Assembly (NCBI GenBank): GCA_965243025.1
Contig: CBDETY010000003.1
Span: forward strand, 2,048,001-2,112,000
Length of the DNA stretch: 64,000 nt
Direction: 5' to 3'
Origin: Candidatus Latescibacterota bacterium
Lineage (GTDB): Bacteria; Latescibacterota; UBA2968; UBA8231
The position numbers and the translations under genes were made by a program. The notes beneath the pieces are model-generated. The model saw only the letters and a list, made by a program, of their open reading frames with translations, was not told where the DNA came from and did not search any database. Of the stretch, positions 30,944-40,043 are shown piece by piece. Positions within the stretch are counted from its first letter, which is position 1, and the number at the start of each line of letters is the position of its first letter.

Positions 30944-32257
30944 TCAACCAGGCGGGTCCCGGAGGCCATGCCGCTTGTCGATCTTGTCGCGCACCAGCTG
31001 GATGTGCAGGCGCAGGTTGTAGAGCTCGTCGGTGTAGGAAAGGGGCACCTCGACCCTGGCCGCCTCCTGCTCGATGCGGTCCAGCTCCTTCAGGGCCATG
31101 GCCGGGTCGCCGATCCCGGCGTCGACCGATATCTCCACGGCGGAAAGGTCGCGGTACCAGCGGTAGATGCGGGAGCGCACCTTCCAGCGGTAGGTGGGAA
31201 CGGCGATCCGGAACAGGGGCACGAGCAAGGTGACGAGGGGCAGCAGGAATAGGGCGGAGCGCTCGACGAAGACCGCGGCCCAGAACGGCAGGTAGCGCCG
31301 CAGGAAGGAGGGGCCGCGCTCGAAGTAGCGGCGCGCGTCCTCGATCAGGGGAAAGTCGAGGTGGTCGTCTGAGGGAAACTGGCCGGCCCGTTCGAAAAAG
31401 CCGCCCTTGCCGTGTACCTCAACCGCCGCCTGGAGCATCAGATCGGTCAGGGCGGGATGGAAGTCGGGGGGGACGACCAGGGTGGCCACCGGGGCCAGCA
31501 GGGTGACCGGACGGCCGGGGATGTTGCGCCGGAAGTCGATGGCCCCCTCGGGCAGGACGACGCTGGACAGGTAGCGGTAGCGGCTGAGGTAGGCGTCGAC
31601 CCGCGAGAAGCTGAGCAGCTCGATCCCGGGGTCGGCCAGCAGCTCGGCCACCACCGGGGCCCGGGGCGAGGCCACGAAGACCGCGGCGTCGACCGCCCCT
31701 TCCCTCAGTGCCTGCGCCGCAGGGGTTCCGCCGAGGTCGGACAGCCGCGTCGGAGGCTGGTCGAGGCCGTTCTCGCGCAGCAGGGTCAGGGCCAGGACCC
31801 GGGTGCCGCTGCCCTCGGGCCCGACGGCAACGGTGCTTCCCGACAGCTCCGTGAGCCGTTCCAGGGTCTCTGCTCCCCGGTGGAAAACCCACAGGGGCTC
31901 GTAGTAGAGGCTGGCAAGGTAAACCAGGCCGGCCTGGGAGGAGGCGTCCCCCACCCCGGTCTGGACGAAACCGACGTCGACCGCTCCTTCCCGCAGCAGC
32001 CGCAGGTTCTCCACGGACCCGGAGGTCGCCTTCACCTCCAGCTCGACCCCTTCCCGCCCCAGCAGGCCGCGGTACTCCATGGCGAATCGGTTGTAGGCTC
32101 CCCCGGGCATGCCGGAGGCCAGGACCAAGCGCCCGGGGGGCGCCGGTTCGACCAGCTGGAACAGCAGGAGGAACACCAGCCCGGAGAACAGGAGGGCGGG
32201 CCCGTAGACCTTCAGGCGGTCGCGGTTTGCGCCTTTCAGCAATTCGGCAATGCGCAT
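30944..32257 (-). CDS. TAXI-family solute-binding protein with N- and C-terminal membrane segments
   Basis: SGMPGGAY, TSGSVENL, VGFVQTG, LYYEPLWVF, GPEGSGT; C-terminal TM followed by a helical tail. Confidence 0.85.
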   Translation of the reverse strand: MRIAELLKGANRDRLKVYGPALLFSGLVFLLLFQLVEPAPPGRLVLASGMPGGAYNRFAMEYRGLLGREGVELEVKATSGSVENLRLLREGAVDVGFVQTGVGDASSQAGLVYLASLYYEPLWVFHRGAETLERLTELSGSTVAVGPEGSGTRVLALTLLRENGLDQPPTRLSDLGGTPAAQALREGAVDAAVFVASPRAPVVAELLADPGIELLSFSRVDAYLSRYRYLSSVVLPEGAIDFRRNIPGRPVTLLAPVATLVVPPDFHPALTDLMLQAAVEVHGKGGFFERAGQFPSDDHLDFPLIEDARRYFERGPSFLRRYLPFWAAVFVERSALFLLPLVTLLVPLFRIAVPTYRWKVRSRIYRWYRDLSAVEISVDAGIGDPAMALKELDRIEQEAARVEVPLSYTDELYNLRLHIQLVRDKIDKRHGLRDPPG

Positions 32258-32300
32258 CGGATGGCAAGTCGGGACAGTCCCAAGGATTTTCGGGGCGCCC

Positions 32301-33146
32301 TTACTCCTCCTCTTCCCAGGATTCGATGCCGAGCAGCTTGCGCCCGAGCGGCGTCAGCTCGGCGGTGGTCCCTTCGCGGTGCTCCTTCCCCTTCTCGTTC
32401 TTCCCGAGCCCGGTCAGACGCTCCCGCCACCAGTGCTCGCTCTCCGCCCGCGACTCCGGGCTCCGTTCGTCCGGGGCCGGGCCCATGGTGATGTACTGGG
32501 CGACGCGGGGGACCCCGGCGCGGTTCGGGCTGGCCCCGTGCGGCAGGGCGCTGTGCCAGATCACGAGGTCGCCTGCGCCTCCTTCGACGGAGACCGCCTG
32601 ATCGCCGAACTCCTCGTGCACCCGCTCCCGGGGCTCGGCATCCGCGGGCAGCGACCGCAGCCAGTCGCGCAGCTTCCGGTGGAACCCGGGAATGCATGTG
32701 AATGCCCCCTGGTCCGCGGCGGTATCGGTCAGGTAGAGGATTCCCTGGACCCCGATCCGCTCGGGCAGCTCCTCGACCCTGAGGTCCCAGTGCAGCCAGG
32801 GCCCCACGAACTCGTGGCCGGACCGCTCCGGCGGGTTGATGCTGGCGCGGTCGCGGCTGACACCCAGCTTGCGGGTGCCCAGGATCTGCGCGAACGCCTC
32901 GTGCAGGCGCGGGTGCTGGCGGTTGTCCCACAGGGCCTGGTGCTGGTAGATCTCCTTCATGATCCCGCGCGGGGGATCGCTGTACCAGGTCTCCGGGTCG
33001 CCGGGGTCCATTTCGGCGAAATCCCACACCGCCTTCTCCGCGGCGCGGCAGTTCTCCGGCGGCACGGCCCGGCGCGCCACCACGTAGCCGTTCTCCTCCC
33101 AGAAATCGAGGTCCTCGCTGCTCAACACGGGTTCGGATGTCGTCAT
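32301..33146 (-). CDS. PhyH-family dioxygenase with canonical HxD motif
   Basis: WEENGYVV, LHWD, QGILYLTD, PGFH, AGDLVIWHSALPHG, PRVAQY. Confidence 0.88.
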   Translation of the reverse strand: MTTSEPVLSSEDLDFWEENGYVVARRAVPPENCRAAEKAVWDFAEMDPGDPETWYSDPPRGIMKEIYQHQALWDNRQHPRLHEAFAQILGTRKLGVSRDRASINPPERSGHEFVGPWLHWDLRVEELPERIGVQGILYLTDTAADQGAFTCIPGFHRKLRDWLRSLPADAEPRERVHEEFGDQAVSVEGGAGDLVIWHSALPHGASPNRAGVPRVAQYITMGPAPDERSPESRAESEHWWRERLTGLGKNEKGKEHREGTTAELTPLGRKLLGIESWEEEE

Positions 33147-33149
33147 CGT

Positions 33150-33836
33150 TCAGTCCTCCGTCCTCGGATCGAATCGGTGTTTCAACTCTTCAATGCTGAA
33201 GCGGTCTCCCTGCAGGAACCGAAAAAACTCCTCCTCCTGGCCGCGCACGGCTTCCGCCCGGGCGGCGACGCCGGCGGCGATTTCCAGCGGCACCGACACC
33301 AGCCCGCTCCCGTCCCCGTGCAGCAGGTCCCCGGGAGCGATCTCGAGGCCGCAGACCTCGACCGGGGTGTTGAACTCGAGGTAGGCGGGGTACCCGTGGG
33401 AGACCACCCAGCCGCCGCAGAAGACGTGGAAACCCGGGGTCCGCCGGCGGATGCCGGCAAGGTCGCGGCCGTTGGCGTCGGTGACGATGCCGGCGCCGCC
33501 GAGTCTGTCGAGAACGGCGCAGAACATGTCGCCGAAAACGCAGCCGCGGCGGCGGTCCGGACCCTCGTGCCGGGCGACGAGGACGAACGGCCCGTCTGCT
33601 TCCGAGAGCAGCTGCACCAGCTCGTCGACCCTCGCCGGCCGGGGGTCTCCCGGGGTCGTGGTGTCGACCTTGCAGGTGAAGGCGCGCCCGACCATCGGGG
33701 CGGCGATCCCGGGGGTCTGGCAGACCAGCCGGTTGTCCGCGTACCCGGTGGTGGGGTCCCGGACCTCGAAATGCTCGATGGCGTTGGCGACCGTGGCGCT
33801 GTCGAAGCGCCGCAGCTTCTCGATGACCTGGTCCAT
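33150..33836 (-). CDS. RraA / HMG-aldolase family protein
   Basis: DSATVANAIE, PMVGRAFT, FGDMF, GIVTDANGRD, PGDLLHGDGSG. Confidence 0.85.
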   Translation of the reverse strand: MDQVIEKLRRFDSATVANAIEHFEVRDPTTGYADNRLVCQTPGIAAPMVGRAFTCKVDTTTPGDPRPARVDELVQLLSEADGPFVLVARHEGPDRRRGCVFGDMFCAVLDRLGGAGIVTDANGRDLAGIRRRTPGFHVFCGGWVVSHGYPAYLEFNTPVEVCGLEIAPGDLLHGDGSGLVSVPLEIAAGVAARAEAVRGQEEEFFRFLQGDRFSIEELKHRFDPRTED

Positions 33837-33886
33837 GGGGGCGCTACTGGAGCCCGGGCCCGGGAGATCTCGAAGGCCGAGCCCGA

Positions 33887-34678
33887 CTACCGCCGGTTCG
33901 GGGTCTGCCCGCGGGCCGCCTCGATCACCTCGCGGCCGGCGCGGAACAGGTTGGAGAAATCGACGTTGAGGTTGAGCCAGCGCACCCCGAGGGACATCCA
34001 GCGGGCGTAGGTCTCGGGGGAGTAGAAGGTCGATATCCCGAGGATGCGGCCGGACCTGCCGACCTTGGCGGCGACGGTCTCGACCGCCTCGACGACCTCG
34101 GGGTCCTGGTGCTGTCCGAGCTTGCCGAACGACCCGGACAGGTCGTTGAGCCCGAGGCAGTAGATGTCGAGCCCGGGCACCTCGAGCATCTCGTCGAGGT
34201 TGGCGACCGCGTCCCTGTGCTCGATCTGGATGGCGACGATCGGCTCGTCCCCTTTTTCCGCGAGGTAGTCGGGCTGGGCGACCGCCCCGTACCCCGTACC
34301 CCGGCGCGGTCCGTACCCCCTGACCCCGCGCGGCGGGTAGCGGCAGGCCTGCACCGCGGCTTCGGCCGCGGCCGCGTCGTTGACCTGCGGCACGATGATC
34401 CCGGCGGGAGCGAGGTCGGCGACCGGCTTGATGACGTTGACGTCGTTCCACTGCACGCGGATGAACGGCGCCGCCCCGGTGCCGCGGTGGGCGGCCACCA
34501 TCTGCAGGGCGGTCTCGATCCCGATGGCGCCGTGCTCCATGTCGATCCAGGTGAAGTCGTACCCGGCCTCGGCGATCAGCTCGCAGATCGACGGGTCGCC
34601 GAACGTGACCCCCATGCCGATCAGGGTCTCCCCGGCCAGCATCCGCTCCCGGAACCGCTGCGCGTTGTTGATGTCCAT
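33887..34678 (-). CDS. HpcH/HpaI class II pyruvate aldolase family protein
   Basis: WIDMEHG, IIVPQV, RYPPRGVRGYG, IQIEH, GLNDLS. Confidence 0.92.
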   Translation of the reverse strand: MDINNAQRFRERMLAGETLIGMGVTFGDPSICELIAEAGYDFTWIDMEHGAIGIETALQMVAAHRGTGAAPFIRVQWNDVNVIKPVADLAPAGIIVPQVNDAAAAEAAVQACRYPPRGVRGYGPRRGTGYGAVAQPDYLAEKGDEPIVAIQIEHRDAVANLDEMLEVPGLDIYCLGLNDLSGSFGKLGQHQDPEVVEAVETVAAKVGRSGRILGISTFYSPETYARWMSLGVRWLNLNVDFSNLFRAGREVIEAARGQTPNRR

Positions 34679-34694
34679 TATTCGGGTTCCCGCT

Positions 34695-35948
34695 TCAGCT
34701 GCCGCAGACCACCGGCCCCCGGCTGGCGCGCTCGTGGAGGTCGGCGAACTCGCTGCTGCCGTCGTCGTCGATCAGCTCCGTGCGGCATCCCCAGTCGTCG
34801 ACCGGGCGGTTCCCCCTGCCGAAGAAATCCCACTTCTGGCCGGAGTTCGCGAAGTAGACGCGGGCGCCCCCGGGCCGGACCACGCAGGTCAGCCGCCTCG
34901 GCAGGCTGTGGTCGGCCTTCTCCACCCGGTACTTCTCCAGGGCCTCCTCGTCCAGCTCGATGCCGAGGCCGGGCTCCTCCGGCACCCGCGCGTGCCCGTC
35001 GACCACCGGCAGGCGCTCCCTGAGCAGGCTGTGCTCGTAGAGCTCGTGGCAGGTGATCGTCGGCCACTGCGCCTGCTCGAGCACGGCGCTGAGATGCAGC
35101 GACAGGGCCGTCGTCGGGGCGGCCCCGACCATCTGCAGGAAGAAGGGCATGTTGACGGCGGCGGCGGTAGCTCCGTCGCGCATGATCCGCGACACCCCGC
35201 CCCCGAGGATCCAGCCGTCGCAGACGCCCCCCATCTCCAGGCCTTCGCGCGCCCCGATGGAGCCGTAGTGGTGGGCGACCGGCCTCTCGATCTGCGTGCG
35301 CATGTAGCGGTTCCCGGCGGCGTCGTTCCGCGGCAGCGGGTCCTCCCAGATCTTGATCTTGGGGAAGGCGCGCTCGAGCTCCCGCAGCAGCGGCACGGCG
35401 TTGGCGGCGTTGTTGAGCATGGCGTTCCAGTCGGCGTCGATGCGGAAGTGGTCGGGGGTAACCTCGCTGATGCGGCGGATGGTCTCGCGCACGTCCCACC
35501 AGGGCCGCGTCTTGATCTTGATGCAGTTGTATCCCAGCCCGACGGCGGTCTGCGCTTCGACGGCGTACTTCTCCGGGGACATGTCGTGGTCCCAGAAGGA
35601 GATCGCCGCCCAGTCCCGGCACTTGCCGCCGAGAAGCCGGTAGAGCGGCACCCCGGCCAGCTTGCCCGCCGCGTCGAACAGCGCCATCTGCAGCCCGGCC
35701 CCGAGCGAGTCGTCCCACATGGTCTCGAACGGGGAGCGGCCGATCACCTTCTCTTCCGCCTGCACCCTTCCCCAGGTGTAGTTCTGCACCGTCTCCCCCC
35801 AGCCGCTGATCCCGGCGTCGGTGTCGAGGCGGGTGATCTCGAGCTCGGACCAGGTGTGAATGCCGGCCCGTTCCATTTCGCGGCGCACCCTGTCGACGAA
35901 GGGAACCACCAGGGTGAAGCGCTCCAGGCCGGTTATTTTTGCCGTCAT
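34695..35948 (-). CDS. Enolase-superfamily enzyme with C-terminal extension
   Basis: MALFDAAGKLAGVPLYRLLG, IKIK, IDADWN, WEDP, AHHYG, PEEPGLG; tail with DDDGSSEF. Confidence 0.88.
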   Translation of the reverse strand: MTAKITGLERFTLVVPFVDRVRREMERAGIHTWSELEITRLDTDAGISGWGETVQNYTWGRVQAEEKVIGRSPFETMWDDSLGAGLQMALFDAAGKLAGVPLYRLLGGKCRDWAAISFWDHDMSPEKYAVEAQTAVGLGYNCIKIKTRPWWDVRETIRRISEVTPDHFRIDADWNAMLNNAANAVPLLRELERAFPKIKIWEDPLPRNDAAGNRYMRTQIERPVAHHYGSIGAREGLEMGGVCDGWILGGGVSRIMRDGATAAAVNMPFFLQMVGAAPTTALSLHLSAVLEQAQWPTITCHELYEHSLLRERLPVVDGHARVPEEPGLGIELDEEALEKYRVEKADHSLPRRLTCVVRPGGARVYFANSGQKWDFFGRGNRPVDDWGCRTELIDDDGSSEFADLHERASRGPVVCGS

Positions 35949-35982
35949 CGTCTCCTTCCTGTCCCGGTGATGGATGCTCCCC

Positions 35983-36768
35983 TCACCTGCGCACCGACGG
36001 GGCCTGCATGACCGCCTGCTGCTCCTCGGTCATGTCCCGGATGTAGCCGGGATAGGTGATGGTGTGGGCGCCCCGGCTGTAGGCGAGGAAGGGGGGGCTG
36101 AACTTGTAGAGCAGGGCCCGCCGCTGGTGCGCGGCGGTCCAGGGCAGGGTGCCGTGAGTCAGGGTCTCGGTGAAGATGACCGCGTCCCCCGCCCTGGCGT
36201 TCACCTCGAGCACGTGCTCGCGGCGGCGTTCCCAGAGCTTCACTGCCTGAGGGCAGGGAAGGTTCGACTTGTGGCTTCCGGGGATCACCGCCACGCCGCC
36301 GTCTCCGGGGCCCTCGTCGGCGAACAGGTACTCGACCACGGTCAGCCCGGTGTAGATGCGGCCGTCCTTGAAGAAGTAGGCCTCTGAGAAGTCGCGCTCG
36401 AATCCGCCCCCGTGCAGCACCCCGCCCTCGCAGCCGGCGTCCATGGCGATCAGGCCCGGCCCGTGGTCGAGGCGGTACCCCTCCCCGAGAATCCCCTCCA
36501 GGTACGGCTTGACCCCCGGGTGCAGGAGAAGCTCGCGGAACAGCTCGCACCAAGGGCGCTCCCAGGCGAGCATCCCGCCGAGGTCGAGGCGTCTCGACGT
36601 GCCCTTCAGGGCTGCGGACTCCCGGGCCAGGGAGCGGTCGATCTCCTGCATCTGATCGGCGTGGCGGTCGATCGCCTCGTTTCCGCGTCGCACCTCCTCC
36701 GGGGACAGCACCTGCGGCAGTACGAGAAAGCCGTTGAGGTCGAACAGGTATTTCTCTTCGTCGTTCAT
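35983..36768 (-). CDS. PhyH-family Fe(II)/2OG enzyme with atypical H-G-G motif
   Basis: YLFDLNGFLVL, LHGGG, IPGSHK, THGTLPW, HQRRA; close paralogue of 14315-15196. Confidence 0.85.
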   Translation of the reverse strand: MNDEEKYLFDLNGFLVLPQVLSPEEVRRGNEAIDRHADQMQEIDRSLARESAALKGTSRRLDLGGMLAWERPWCELFRELLLHPGVKPYLEGILGEGYRLDHGPGLIAMDAGCEGGVLHGGGFERDFSEAYFFKDGRIYTGLTVVEYLFADEGPGDGGVAVIPGSHKSNLPCPQAVKLWERRREHVLEVNARAGDAVIFTETLTHGTLPWTAAHQRRALLYKFSPPFLAYSRGAHTITYPGYIRDMTEEQQAVMQAPSVRR

Positions 36769-36884
36769 TCAGCGTCCAATGCCTCGGCACCGTCCGCGTT
36801 CGCTGCTCTTCACCGCCTTGGCGGCAGGCGGCGAACCCGGTCTATACTTGCACTGGTTTCATCACCGCGAGGGGGAAACAAGGT

Positions 36885-38147
36885 ATGTCCGAATCGAATT
36901 CACAGACAGTTCTGATCCGCCCCGGGCTGCTCGCCGACGGCCTCGGCGGCGGCGCCCGAACCGGGGAGGCGGTGTTCGTCCGGAACGGCCTCATCGCCGC
37001 GGTCGGACCCGCCGAAGCGGTCGCGAAGGAAGCGCCCCCGGATACCCCGGCAGTCGACCTTGCCGGCTGCTGCCTGACCCCCGGGCTGATCGACGGCCAC
37101 ACCCACCTCAGCCTGGCGGGCGACGGCCGCCCCTACGACGAGATCTTCCTCGAAAGCGACGAGACCATGGTGCTGATCGGGGCCATGAACATGCGCCGCC
37201 ACCTGCGCGCCGGCATCACCACCCTGCGCGAGCACGGGGCGCGCAACCGGATCGGCTTCACCCTGAAGGAAGGACTGCGGCGGGGATACATCCCGGGCCC
37301 GCGCATGCTGGTCAGCGGCCGCCCGGTCACCTGCACCGGGGGCCACTTCCACATGTGCAACGAAGTCGCCGACGGCGAGGAGGAGATCCGCCGCTCGGTG
37401 CGGCGTCTGGTGCACGAGGGAGCGGACTACATCAAGGTGATGGCCTCCGGCGGCGGCACGACCGGCACCATCCCCGGGATCGCCACCTACTCTACCCGGG
37501 AGCTGCAGGCCCTGGCCGGGGAGGCGCGCCAGTTCCACCGCCTCACCGCGGCCCACTGCCGCGCCAAGGAGTCGATGGTGCGGGCCGTGGAAGCCGGCAT
37601 CGACCTGATCGAGCACGTCGAGTTCCTCGACCCCGACCACGAGATGCGCTTCGACCCCAAGGTCGCCGGGATGCTGGCCGAGTCCGGGATCTGGCTGAGC
37701 CCCACCCTGCAGGCATGGACCAACTACCCGGAGATGGTGCGCCTGCGCCAGCGGCGCGACGAGGGGGCGTTCGGCCCCGGGGAGGAGGCTGACCTCGCCC
37801 GCCTGGAGCAGCGCGCGGAGAGGCGCCTCGACCTGATGCGGAGGATGCTCGACTACTGCCTGAAGGAACGGGTCGTGCCGGGCACGGACTCCGGTGTGGG
37901 AAACCTCGAGTTCGGCCATATCGACTACGACCTGCAGCTGCTGGTCGAATGCGGCTTCACCCCGGCGGAGGCCCTGGTCTCGGCCACCCGGATCTCGGCG
38001 GAGGCGGCCGGAATCGCCGGCCAGGTCGGGACCATCGAGGTCGGAAAGGAGGCGGACCTTGCCGCCTTCGGAGGGGACCCGACCGCCGACGTCGCCGCCT
38101 TCAGCGACGTCAGGGCGGTGTTCCAGTCCGGGGTGCGGGTCCGGTAG
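36885..38147 (+). CDS. Metal-dependent amidohydrolase (Xaa-Pro dipeptidase / imidazolonepropionase-like)
   Basis: PGLIDGHTHL, IKVMASGG, AAHC, IEH, GTDSG, GKEADL. Confidence 0.9.
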   Translation: MSESNSQTVLIRPGLLADGLGGGARTGEAVFVRNGLIAAVGPAEAVAKEAPPDTPAVDLAGCCLTPGLIDGHTHLSLAGDGRPYDEIFLESDETMVLIGAMNMRRHLRAGITTLREHGARNRIGFTLKEGLRRGYIPGPRMLVSGRPVTCTGGHFHMCNEVADGEEEIRRSVRRLVHEGADYIKVMASGGGTTGTIPGIATYSTRELQALAGEARQFHRLTAAHCRAKESMVRAVEAGIDLIEHVEFLDPDHEMRFDPKVAGMLAESGIWLSPTLQAWTNYPEMVRLRQRRDEGAFGPGEEADLARLEQRAERRLDLMRRMLDYCLKERVVPGTDSGVGNLEFGHIDYDLQLLVECGFTPAEALVSATRISAEAAGIAGQVGTIEVGKEADLAAFGGDPTADVAAFSDVRAVFQSGVRVR

Positions 38148-38260
38148 AACGGGCGGGGCAGCCGGCCTGATGCAGGTGCGAGGGCTGCGCGAATGGAACG
38201 CAGGTGCACCTTCGCGCACGGGGCCCCGCACGAAGCCAGGGCAAGGACGCTCCCTCCCAG

Positions 38261-39847
38261 CTAATCGGAGGCGTGCTCGTACGGACCGAGGTCGTCGTCG
38301 ACGAAGGAGCGGTGGTAGTTCCTGCCCATCAGGTAGCGGGTCTCCAGCTCGACGTCCCGCACCCTCAACGGCATGGTCAGCGCCCTGTCGCGCTCGTGCA
38401 CCTTCACCTCGATCAGGTTGATACCCTGGACCGGCCAGTGCTCTTCCTGCAGCCGGAACACGAACCAGTAGGCCGACCCGGCCCGGTAGCGGGGGCGGCT
38501 CATCCGGTACATCTCGTTGATCCTGCGCAGGCAGCTTTCCGGCAGCTGCTCTCCGTTGAGGTGGAAGCTGACCTTGTCGAGCTCGGTCGTCGACATCAGG
38601 CGGAAGCGCAGGATCACCTCGTGCACCCTGCCCACGGCCGCCCAGCGCGGCAGGTCGTCGCTGACCCTCAAGTGCACCGCCGCCGTCTCCCCCTCCTGCA
38701 GCTCCTTCGGCAGCTCCATCTCCACCCCCGGCTCCAGCTGCGGCTCCGGGTAGCGGCCGGTCATGGTCGGGGCGAAGTAGAACTTGTCCCGCGGGGCCAT
38801 GATGTCCGGGTGGGGCAGCTCGCGCAGGCGCTCGTAGAAATCCGCCCCGTACGGCCACAGGTTGAACCAGTGCGCCAGGTAGAGGCCGTCGACCCCCTGG
38901 GCCCAGCAGTTGGTGGCGCATGCCCGGGTCATCGAGACCGGGCCCTCCCCCAGGCGGTCGGAGTCGACGTGCGACTGGATGGCGCCGATCACCTTGCAGC
39001 CGGAGCCGCGCGCCGCCTCGACCAGCTCCGTGTAGTCGGCGTTGGAGTTGATCAGCTCCGGGCCGGAGAAGGTCTGCGCCACCAGGGCGTCGCAGATCCC
39101 CTCGTCGATCCAGGCCTTCACGTCCATGCCGACGCTGCCGCAGCCCTCGATGCTCGCCGGGATGCGGAGTACGAGGTGGCGCCCGGGACCGCTCGCCTTG
39201 ACTTCTTCGTAAACCCGTTTGATCCAAGCGGTCAGGACCGGCTTGCCCTCCTCCACCTCGCCGGGGTGGAAGTAATGGGGAGTGTAGTTCATCTGCAGCT
39301 CGAAGCCGTCGACGTCGTATCTGCGCAGGGTCTCCGCGATCAGGGCGAACCGCTCCTCCCGCACCTCCTCGTGCATGAAGTCGAGGCAGGTGGCGTACGG
39401 AAGCTCATCGGTCCCCGGTTTTGCGCCGATCTCGAGGTGGGTGTTGTCGAAGCGGAAGTTGGAGCAGCGGGTGTCGCTCTCCCGGCCGCCGCGCCCCTGC
39501 TGCACCAGCAGGGTCGGGTAGAAGGCGATCCCCTTCTCCCGGGCCCGCTCCGAGACGATGCGCAGCGGGTCGTTCCCGGCGTCGATCAGGGCGCGGGCGT
39601 TCTGGTGCGCGCGCCGGAAGATCTCGTGGGACCACCTCTCCATGTTGTGCCCCCACAGCTCCCCGACCGCGGTGTCGTGGAGCACGGTGCGGCCGTCACC
39701 CAGGCAGAACATGAGGGCCTCGACCGGGGTGCCGGCGAGCTCGTCGACCGCCTGCTCGTACTCCTCCTTCTGCATCGGCGGCTCGTACATGTAGATGAGG
39801 GGATGCCTGCCGTCGTGGTAGAACATGATGCGCGGTATGTCAGCCAT
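38261..39847 (-). CDS. Glycoside hydrolase-like (GHL10-type TIM barrel) protein
   Basis: LDFMHEEVREERFALIAE, YDVDGFEL, GVDGLYL; good RBS (GGAGG) and codon usage. Confidence 0.6.
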   Translation of the reverse strand: MADIPRIMFYHDGRHPLIYMYEPPMQKEEYEQAVDELAGTPVEALMFCLGDGRTVLHDTAVGELWGHNMERWSHEIFRRAHQNARALIDAGNDPLRIVSERAREKGIAFYPTLLVQQGRGGRESDTRCSNFRFDNTHLEIGAKPGTDELPYATCLDFMHEEVREERFALIAETLRRYDVDGFELQMNYTPHYFHPGEVEEGKPVLTAWIKRVYEEVKASGPGRHLVLRIPASIEGCGSVGMDVKAWIDEGICDALVAQTFSGPELINSNADYTELVEAARGSGCKVIGAIQSHVDSDRLGEGPVSMTRACATNCWAQGVDGLYLAHWFNLWPYGADFYERLRELPHPDIMAPRDKFYFAPTMTGRYPEPQLEPGVEMELPKELQEGETAAVHLRVSDDLPRWAAVGRVHEVILRFRLMSTTELDKVSFHLNGEQLPESCLRRINEMYRMSRPRYRAGSAYWFVFRLQEEHWPVQGINLIEVKVHERDRALTMPLRVRDVELETRYLMGRNYHRSFVDDDLGPYEHASD

Positions 39848-40043
39848 CGGTGTGCCTCCGATCCGGATCGGTTGTTTCCGGCAGATGCCGAGTGGTCGCC
39901 GGGCTTCGGGCGGTGGTTGACTCCATTCGTGGGTCTGTGCGTCTCCGCTTTCGCCCGCAGCAGCCGCTTCAGCGGGTCATGCAGTCACCTGAAGCCAGCG
40001 CCGGGTGTCCGCAGTCCGCCGGCCCCTGGCGCCGGCAGGGCCG

